This document shows, piece by piece, positions 57,532 to 64,000 of a stretch of 64,000 nt of DNA (position 1 is the stretch's first letter; each line of letters begins with the position of its first letter). The notes beneath the pieces were generated by a model. It was not told the origin of the DNA. It ran no database searches and was given only the letters and a program-made list of their open reading frames with translations. Made by a program: the position numbers and the translations under genes. Source of the DNA: a virus; IMG/VR virus record IMGVR_UViG_3300036770_005287, positions 21,033 through 85,032 of that record, one strand, 5' to 3'.

Positions 57532-58000
57532 CCTGGTGATCTGTTGGCAGGGCGATCATGACTTCTGTTCTCATGTGACTTGCCAGGGGGAATATCTTGT
57601 AAAGCGGATTAATGCGACACCCCAAGGACTCGACGCGCACGTCAGCCACCCAGGCGCCGGTTGCCAGCAAATCGGCCCGGATCAGCAAGTATTCTTGGTT
57701 GTGTCCGCGCATTGAAAAATCGAGCGTGCGACTTTTGCCACTGACGACCGTTGTCGGACAATTCAAATCGCGGATGGTGTAAGTGACGCGGGAAAATATG
57801 AGCGGGGGATAGGCGCGAAAGGCGATATGTAAACGATAAAACAGCTCTTTTGCTTGTGGGCGCTTTGGACTTGCTTGCGTCACAAAGCCTGCGCCTGATA
57901 AATCTGTAAGCTCAACGCGACCACGACGCACTAAAAATCTGTCTGCCATCAGCAGCGCAACAATGATTAACGTCCAGCCGATGATTGACCAATCACCCAT
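57509..58000 (-). CDS. lydB: LydB-like antiholin
   Basis: N-terminal TM, SGKSRTLD, NPLYKIFP; after lydA. Confidence 0.7.
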   Translation of the reverse strand: MGDWSIIGWTLIIVALLMADRFLVRRGRVELTDLSGAGFVTQASPKRPQAKELFYRLHIAFRAYPPLIFSRVTYTIRDLNCPTTVVSGKSRTLDFSMRGHNQEYLLIRADLLATGAWVADVRVESLGCRINPLYKIFPLASHMRTEVMIALPTDHQDAHNEQH

Positions 58001-58313
58001 TTTCTTTATCCCCGTCAGGTTTAATACGATTCGTGACATACCGGTCTATCCAGCGTTTGAACATTGCCAGCGTGTCACCGCCATTGTTACTGAGCACCAA
58101 GATCACGACGCTAGTCAGTGCCTGGGGCCAGCCTTGCCAGACGCCCAAGTACATCACGCAAAGCCCAACGACTAAGGCCAGCACAATTTCCGTCAGAGCG
58201 TTTATCCAGCTTCTTGCAAATCGGCCTTCCCGTGCGCCGTGGAGGTATGAACCAAGGCCACCGAGCAGGGACAGCACGCTTGCAGTAACGATTACTTCTC
58301 CTGTTAACAACAC
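57993..58313 (-). CDS. lydA: LydA-like holin
   Basis: LSLLGGLGSYL...R.GR...TEI...GW...SNNG. Confidence 0.8.
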   Translation of the reverse strand: MLLTGEVIVTASVLSLLGGLGSYLHGAREGRFARSWINALTEIVLALVVGLCVMYLGVWQGWPQALTSVVILVLSNNGGDTLAMFKRWIDRYVTNRIKPDGDKENG

Positions 58314-58344
58314 TCTGCACCTGCTGATCTGTAAGGTCCTTAGC

Positions 58345-58363
58345 ATAGTAAAACACGCGCTAA
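58345..58363 (-). promoter_or_regulatory. Putative late promoter TTAGCGC-N6-TACTAT
   Basis: Faces the lydA-dar operon. Confidence 0.65.
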
Positions 58364-58374
58364 ATAACGCCTAA

Positions 58375-58389
58375 TCAACGTTATGATAA
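58375..58389 (+). promoter_or_regulatory. Operator motif variant TCAACGTTATGATAA
   Basis: One mismatch to consensus; beside the late promoter. Confidence 0.55.
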
Positions 58390-58992
58390 TTCAGGGTAAA
58401 ACATTTGCCCGGCTCGAATGCTTACACAGTGCACTTCAGGGCAGTTGTCATAGATGCGGGTAGGCGTTATGCGACTCATCAGGCTTTGCCGGTAAATGCC
58501 AGCAGCATGCGCCAGTAGTTCGCTGCAAAACCAAGCCGCCGGATCGTTCCAGTCTTGAATGCGCAGGGCCATCGATATCAGATTGAGCGGGGGGATGCTG
58601 CAGACTGCCTGCAACGGAATGGAATAAAGCGCCCGCTTGTCATAAGGCTTGCCAATTTCACTGATGGCGCGCGTATAGGCCGCTTCCGGCGTATCAATGA
58701 CAGCCAGCATGCACACGTCATAGTCTAAATAGCGCGCAACAAAGTCCGCCATCGGTGTAACGACAACACCGACGCCACCCAGGGCCTCAATCACCTTTTC
58801 GCCGTCATAGACTTGGCCGTTCCATTCCAGGCGGCCGTAATGAATGATCCCGCAATGGGACCAGCTGGACCAGGTGAGCAGGCGGATCCCGAGGCTGATG
58901 GGATGATAGCCTTTGGCAAAAATGACAGGTATGGCGTTCAAAGTGTCCTCCGCCACTCGATTGTACCGACAGCGCTTATTTTTAAGCGTCAA
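58381..58992 (-). CDS. Permuted papain-like NlpC/P60 (YiiX/YaeF) protein
   Basis: WSHCGI...VIEA...IGKPYD...WFCSELL (His before Cys). Confidence 0.8.
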   Translation of the reverse strand: MTLKNKRCRYNRVAEDTLNAIPVIFAKGYHPISLGIRLLTWSSWSHCGIIHYGRLEWNGQVYDGEKVIEALGGVGVVVTPMADFVARYLDYDVCMLAVIDTPEAAYTRAISEIGKPYDKRALYSIPLQAVCSIPPLNLISMALRIQDWNDPAAWFCSELLAHAAGIYRQSLMSRITPTRIYDNCPEVHCVSIRAGQMFYPELS

Positions 58993-59084
58993 ACCTGTTA
59001 TTCATGTCTAGGATGAATAATGCTGTTTTTGTTCCTGATTTATGTCATCATGTCGTTAATCATTTGTGGCATGGATAAGGAAAT

Positions 59085-59375
59085 ATGCGGATATCAGCAA
59101 CACAGAAAAACACCTTGATAGCCCTGTATGCATTGGAGCAGCACGGCAGGATAAGACCAATCCCGTCAGTGGATTTGCTCAAAATGGTCAACCGGGGCCG
59201 CGAGGCCGCCGGCGAACTGCCTGCTTATGCCACAAACTTCAGAGCAGGCTGCCACACGATGGTAGAAAATAAGCTGATTGATAAATACAGGTCACAATCC
59301 CTGCAGCTGGCGTTTAAGTTGACAGACACCGGGCGGCCACTGGCTGAGCGCTATTTCAACGAGGCGAAATCATAA
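59085..59375 (+). CDS. Small winged-helix-like protein
   Basis: 96 aa; LTDTGR ending; AAGGA RBS. Confidence 0.6.
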   Translation: MRISATQKNTLIALYALEQHGRIRPIPSVDLLKMVNRGREAAGELPAYATNFRAGCHTMVENKLIDKYRSQSLQLAFKLTDTGRPLAERYFNEAKS

Positions 59376-59419
59376 AAAAAGGCCGCGCTATGGCGGCCTA
59401 ACCCCTTTTCAGGTGCTTA

Positions 59420-59770
59420 TTATCCAACTTCATCGGGCTCAATGCTCTGCGCGCAGTGATTGCGCTGGCGGATCACCAGGTAAAACAGCCCATCAATGAC
59501 TTTTTCAGCAAACTGATACCCTTCCCGGCCGCGCCTGGCGTGATAGCCGACACGGCCGGAAATCGTATGGTCAGGATTGCCACGAAAAACAGTGTTGACG
59601 TACTGATCAGACGATACCCAGAGGTCAAAGGCATAGCCGCGCAAACCTTTAAACGGCTGAGCCAACAGCGTCACAAAAAGACGCCACCAGCCCGTAACAG
59701 TCAGCAGTGTATCTGCCAACCAGTAAAGCGCGACCGCCAGCAATACGATTGCAGCGTTCACTTTCTTCAT
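59420..59770 (-). CDS. Tail-region conserved hypothetical protein
   Basis: DQYVN...GNPDHTISGR...IDGLF...HC..SI. Confidence 0.7.
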   Translation of the reverse strand: MKKVNAAIVLLAVALYWLADTLLTVTGWWRLFVTLLAQPFKGLRGYAFDLWVSSDQYVNTVFRGNPDHTISGRVGYHARRGREGYQFAEKVIDGLFYLVIRQRNHCAQSIEPDEVG

Positions 59771-60237
59771 GCCAGAGCCTTATAAACAACAATGTCCACC
59801 GGCTCAAAGTTCAACCGGAATGGATGATTGTTTTCAATGAGGCTCTTGTTAATGTGATCAGGCGATAATAGGTAGTTGCCGCTTTCGAGCTCAAGCGCCA
59901 GCTCAATCCAGACACCTGTCGGATCACCTGGCACTTGTGCCGGCACGTTAAATATTGACGCCATAAAGTAAATCGGTTTACCGGCTTTGCCGTTCACGAC
60001 TTCAGGCACTGGGCAGGGCAGCTGCGAATCCGGGAATGGGATCACAAGCTCTGCTTGGCCTGGCGGCTGAATGACGTTCTGTAGCCGACCTTTAATCACC
60101 ATGCGGCTACGCTCAGGCACAAAATGCAATCTGCCAGCCTGTTGAGCGCCAGTAATAACACGCTCAACCAGGTTAATCATTGGCGCCAGCTCTACTTGTG
60201 ACGCTACCGGGAAATCAGTTTGGATCACTGTGCTCAT
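59767..60237 (-). CDS. Tail fibre-associated protein
   Basis: Start taken at MSTVIQ, coupled to upstream stop. Confidence 0.6.
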   Translation of the reverse strand: MSTVIQTDFPVASQVELAPMINLVERVITGAQQAGRLHFVPERSRMVIKGRLQNVIQPPGQAELVIPFPDSQLPCPVPEVVNGKAGKPIYFMASIFNVPAQVPGDPTGVWIELALELESGNYLLSPDHINKSLIENNHPFRLNFEPVDIVVYKALA

Positions 60238-61415
60238 TAAGAAATCCTCACATAAGCAATGAGTTGTCGCCAAGCCTCAAGTGCGTAAGAGTCATGTGTC
60301 ACTTGGACTGGATAGCCCGCAAAAGGCGATAAATTAGCCTTAAAGAAATAAATAGTCCCAGTGCCATTACCATCAGATGCGATGAGTGAACCGTTCCTCA
60401 GTTTTTTGACAAATCTGAGCGACATATTCACACTTGGTCTTGGGTATAAATACGAAACACTGGAAAGGTCTTTCGTTCTCACCACCGCAGTGGAATTAAC
60501 CCAATAAAAATAGCCGTTATGTTTTGTCCATTTTGCTTGGCTCCCGCCAAAACTAGGCCCCATATTTAAAGTAAGCGTCGCCCAAGACAATCCATCTGAT
60601 GATGAAAGTGCTACGCCGCCGCCACCAACATAAAATTTTGATGTATCAGCATCATAGTATACGCCGTTGATAGCGGAAATCGCCCCTGTAATAGCTCTCT
60701 GAGTCCACGTCGAACCATCTGCTGGTGCTGTGACACACACACCTTGAGCGCCTACTGCGACCCATGTGTTATTACCAAAATCTACCGAGTAAAATTGCTG
60801 CCCGGACAACGCTGACGGTATCGCTCTTGATGTCCACGTTATCCCATCAGGGGATGTGAAAATAATTCCCATCCCCGTCGCAACAAACATCGAGCCATTC
60901 CACTTCACGTCATAAAAAGGGTTCGTGGTTTGCCCGGTAGCGCGCTGAGTGTAGGTAATGCCGTCAGTTGTTGTGGCAATTAAACCCCCAGTGCCCACCA
61001 AGACAAATTTACCGGCACCATAATCTACGGCGTTAAAACAGTGGCCATTCATGCCACTAACTGCAGACTGCTGTTCTGTCCAACTAGCACCGTTATCATT
61101 TGAGCGCAAAACACGAGGATTGACACCGCTGATTAAGTTCTCTGTCATCAGAATCGTGTTGCCGTTCGACTGCGCATCTGTAATGGTGTCGTTATACTGA
61201 GTGTTGAAAAATGATTGACGAGTCCAATCAGAACCCACGCTTTCAGCCCAAATCGCCGCATCGAATTTCGCAGGATCTGTTTCCACGTGCCCTGTACGTA
61301 AAAATCGCTGGCCTTTTGATACAAAATCGACCGGGAAAGCGTTTGGAAAAAAGTGAGTGCCGCCAATTGGCACGCCGCCACCACCGCCACTGCCTGTTAA
61401 ATTTGCTTCACTCAT
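60237..61415 (-). CDS. Receptor-binding/tail fibre protein with beta-propeller (Asp-box) repeats
   Basis: SNDNGASW, TTDGITY, SPDGITW, SSDGLSW repeats. Confidence 0.75.
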   Translation of the reverse strand: MSEANLTGSGGGGGVPIGGTHFFPNAFPVDFVSKGQRFLRTGHVETDPAKFDAAIWAESVGSDWTRQSFFNTQYNDTITDAQSNGNTILMTENLISGVNPRVLRSNDNGASWTEQQSAVSGMNGHCFNAVDYGAGKFVLVGTGGLIATTTDGITYTQRATGQTTNPFYDVKWNGSMFVATGMGIIFTSPDGITWTSRAIPSALSGQQFYSVDFGNNTWVAVGAQGVCVTAPADGSTWTQRAITGAISAINGVYYDADTSKFYVGGGGVALSSSDGLSWATLTLNMGPSFGGSQAKWTKHNGYFYWVNSTAVVRTKDLSSVSYLYPRPSVNMSLRFVKKLRNGSLIASDGNGTGTIYFFKANLSPFAGYPVQVTHDSYALEAWRQLIAYVRIS

Positions 61416-62287
61416 AATTGTTTCCAGACTCCGCTTTTACGCCGAAAGAAAAACCAAACGCCGACCGCTGCCAGGTTGGCTGTGTCGTGGTCGCCTTCAG
61501 TTGTTTTGATAAGTTCGCCGGCAGGCGCCAGCAAACGGCATTTGTTAGAACTCGACAGCACCAACTCCCGATCTACCATCACCTGCAGCACTGAGCCCTC
61601 AGGCGCTGCCGGCAGCTGTAGGTCCTTAAATCCATCAAAAATCAGCATGCCGCTTTCAGGTGCGGCAGTGACATCAGTACTGCTTTGTGAGATCGGGTTC
61701 TTTTTGGCTTGCTCCTCCAGCTGCGCGGTTGTGGCATAGCTGCCGGCAGGCTGATACCGTGCGTCCGCTTGCGCAAATGTAGGGCTATTGAGCAGACCGC
61801 CGAGCTGGCGCGTTGCGGTACTGATATGGGCCGGCAGCATGTTGCCGGTTGCAGGCAAATTGACCGTGCAAATGATGACGTGGTGCGCCAGAACGTTTGC
61901 CACCGGAATGACTTTAATGGCCGCGGCATCGACTGCGGCGTTTTTGTCGATTTGCTTGGTCAAAAGACCGTGCTGTGAAATCGCTTCAATGACTACTGCC
62001 ACGTTTTGACTGCGCGGAATAACGACATCGACAGGCTTTTGACCGATGACTGTGATCACCTGGCCGTCGCGCTCAATTGCTGCTGAGTTTGGATTAGTCG
62101 GACAGATGCGCAGCGTTGTTGCCGCGGTAATGCTGAAATCAAAGCCCCGGTAAATACCCGCCGGCACAATACCGAAGAACTTCCTGTTAAAGCTAACACT
62201 GCCCATTTCCTCAAGATATTGAGTGTCCGCCAGCAGTGGGTAATTCGCTAATTCCGCTGGCGTTGGCGGATTCGTTACTGTTGTCAT
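61412..62287 (-). CDS. Tail fibre, P1 gpS N-terminal-like
   Basis: LLADTQYLE...NRKFFGIVPAGIYRGF...ICTVNLP; follows R-like gene. Confidence 0.75.
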   Translation of the reverse strand: MTTVTNPPTPAELANYPLLADTQYLEEMGSVSFNRKFFGIVPAGIYRGFDFSITAATTLRICPTNPNSAAIERDGQVITVIGQKPVDVVIPRSQNVAVVIEAISQHGLLTKQIDKNAAVDAAAIKVIPVANVLAHHVIICTVNLPATGNMLPAHISTATRQLGGLLNSPTFAQADARYQPAGSYATTAQLEEQAKKNPISQSSTDVTAAPESGMLIFDGFKDLQLPAAPEGSVLQVMVDRELVLSSSNKCRLLAPAGELIKTTEGDHDTANLAAVGVWFFFRRKSGVWKQL

Positions 62288-62712
62288 AGTACTGGCCGTC
62301 CAAAATCTAAGATGAATTCAACGGAAACACCGGTCGTTGACGTGACTGGCGTTGGCAGTGTTACTAACAATGCGATGACTCCGCCTGCTCTATCCAAGAC
62401 GTAGCATGCCGACCAGGTTTGTGAGACTCCAGCAGGCAATGCATGTTTGGGAATGCTGGCTTGCACCAGCACCTGGTCGGTGGCTTCGTCGTATGTGTAG
62501 CTGGCATTAGACAAATAAAACTGACCCGTGATAGAGGGTACATCGTTAGGTAGAGTGGCTAAAACAGACGGTTGGCCATCAACTATTTCTGTATAGCCAT
62601 TCCCCCAAGCCATTTGTCCAAACCCAAAAAACGGAGTAGGAGCGATGGCTGACTTGGCCCGTTGCTCAAAAAAACGATCAAGCAAATGGCCTTTTTGTAT
62701 AATTTGAGGCAC
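62284..62712 (-). CDS. P1 gpR-like tail fibre assembly protein
   Basis: LLDRFFEQRAKSAI N-terminus; 142 aa. Confidence 0.7.
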   Translation of the reverse strand: MPQIIQKGHLLDRFFEQRAKSAIAPTPFFGFGQMAWGNGYTEIVDGQPSVLATLPNDVPSITGQFYLSNASYTYDEATDQVLVQASIPKHALPAGVSQTWSACYVLDRAGGVIALLVTLPTPVTSTTGVSVEFILDFGRPVL

Positions 62713-62749
62713 GTCAAGTCCTTAATTAATTGGTGAAAATAAAAACTGT

Positions 62750-62764
62750 TTAACGTTAGTATAA
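62750..62764 (+). promoter_or_regulatory. Operator motif variant TTAACGTTAGTATAA overlapping a TATACT -10 (minus strand)
   Basis: Upstream of R-like gene. Confidence 0.55.
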
Positions 62765-62789
62765 TTAAAGCGTTTTTTAGACACGCCGA

Positions 62790-63044
62790 CTAATACGTAG
62801 GCCCATTTACTGCACCGACCGCCGCTGCCAGTAGAGATTCAAACTGCTCTTTGCTATCAAACTTGTACCTGAACACGTCAGGATCAGGAACTCCGGCAAA
62901 ACCGTGTGCAGGACTACTAGGCGTCACAAGAAATTGTTCAGCGCCGACAATCCTTTGCAAACTATCTACGTGCCACCCATCGCGTGCGACCGGGTTTTCT
63001 TGATCTGTTCTATCGTAAATTAAACCAATTTCCACAAAATCCAT
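62790..63044 (-). CDS. Small fibre-associated hypothetical protein
   Basis: GWHVD...VTPSSPAHGFAG. Confidence 0.6.
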   Translation of the reverse strand: MDFVEIGLIYDRTDQENPVARDGWHVDSLQRIVGAEQFLVTPSSPAHGFAGVPDPDVFRYKFDSKEQFESLLAAAVGAVNGPTY

Positions 63045-63063
63045 AACGCCCCCGTGATGATGT

Positions 63064-64000
63064 TCATTTTGTTAGCACCTGTAATTCTTCCGCCGTTAGT
63101 GAGCGAGGCCAGTAGATTAGATATTCTACTTGTCCATTTAGCATTTCGATTCCTGAAGCACCTGCTGAGCCAATGTAAATCTGCGTCATATTTGCTGGTG
63201 CGCTGCCAGATGTATCGTTTAGCACCGCTTTACCGTCTTCATAGCCGACAAAGGAGTTTTCTTTCCAACTAAAGCCGAACACGTTGCGCAATCCACTGGT
63301 TTTTTGCCCGGATGATGCGTTTGCTACAGCAATGCCATTTGTCACCGCCGCGAACTGCGTACCGTTTGTTGACTCGTTACGCCGAACAAGAATACGGTTG
63401 TTTTCAGTGCCATCGCTGAGCCTGAATGCGGACTGATTCTGGCCGGAGACAGGGCCGATACCGCGACAAGCACAAACTATAGAGCCTTCGCTGCTTGCTG
63501 GAATTGTTAGTACTGCAATATCTTTGCTGGCTGTCACCGCAGTTGTTGTGGTTGGAACGTAATCACCCGGCTCTGTACCCACCCGCAGCTGTGGAGTTTC
63601 GTGGATCACTGTGCCAGTTGCATCGCTAAAACATCCTAAACCCACACGCACATTGTAAGATCCGCCTGCGCTTGTTGTGAATGTAATGGAGTAAACCCCA
63701 CTTGATGTGATATCGCTACCATTAAGAGATAATGCACCTGTCGGTGTGTCTGAAGTAGTTACGGCAATAACCTTATCGGTGACAGATGTTCCCGCTGCGA
63801 AGTACGCGCTGAGCGTGTAAGTTGTTGCAGCAGCTAACGTGACTGCTTGAGAATAGTATTCTCTTTGCGCAATTCCGCTTTGCGTAGTGCGAACTGCCCC
63901 CGCGAACCGTGGGCTTGCTGCTGTAGTGGTAACACCGGTTGTTGCGCCCATATTCCAGCCGGTTGGCGGCGTTTCGCCGTTTGCGCCGGAGTATACAGTA
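63064..64000 (-). CDS. Fibre/spike protein with LamG-like C-terminus (partial, start beyond window)
   Basis: Frame open to window end; IYIGS...LNGQVEYLIYWPRSLTAEELQ. Confidence 0.7.
   Translation of the reverse strand, partial: TVYSGANGETPPTGWNMGATTGVTTTAASPRFAGAVRTTQSGIAQREYYSQAVTLAAATTYTLSAYFAAGTSVTDKVIAVTTSDTPTGALSLNGSDITSSGVYSITFTTSAGGSYNVRVGLGCFSDATGTVIHETPQLRVGTEPGDYVPTTTTAVTASKDIAVLTIPASSEGSIVCACRGIGPVSGQNQSAFRLSDGTENNRILVRRNESTNGTQFAAVTNGIAVANASSGQKTSGLRNVFGFSWKENSFVGYEDGKAVLNDTSGSAPANMTQIYIGSAGASGIEMLNGQVEYLIYWPRSLTAEELQVLTK

Noticed and set aside
59420-64000. Diversity-generating retroelement or invertible segment acting on tail fibres
   Set aside because: No reverse transcriptase, template/variable repeat pair, serine invertase or inverted crossover sites seen in the window
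1-64000. IS elements, tRNA/rRNA genes, host chromosomal flanks or att sites
   Set aside because: No transposase, cloverleaf or housekeeping gene block recognised; the whole window reads as phage-plasmid

Overview
This window is about 64 kb of a P1-like (Punavirus-related) phage-plasmid, probably from a Dam-positive gammaproteobacterium (inferred from GATC clusters, a LexA box and an SspA homolog). Recognisable P1-type modules: tail/baseplate genes (gp6/24/7/25/26-like, R, S), C1-like repressor, Lpa-like activator, pac site with PacA/PacB terminase, portal and head protease, DarB/Ulx, the LydA-LydB-Hdf-DarA-DdrB antirestriction operon, spanins and RdgC. Plasmid functions differ from P1: an HTH-type Rep behind a GATC-rich origin with a likely counter-transcript RNA, ParAB with five dispersed GATTTACA[C/G]TGTAAATC palindromes, a short tyrosine recombinase beside a loxP-shaped site, and several TA modules (YefM-YoeB, MazEF, HicAB, divergent HigBA). 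Most notable: (1) a phage-encoded SspA homolog downstream of lpa-pacA-pacB; (2) an XRE regulator + FlgM-like-leader peptide with a duplicated DDVPPGWPPT core + polytopic membrane protein operon in the immunity region; (3) a BECR-type RNase gene convergent with an independently promoted ~190-nt structured RNA; (4) a readable regulatory code (11-copy asymmetric operator, 4-copy late-promoter motif). All family calls come from motif recognition and synteny, not database searches.
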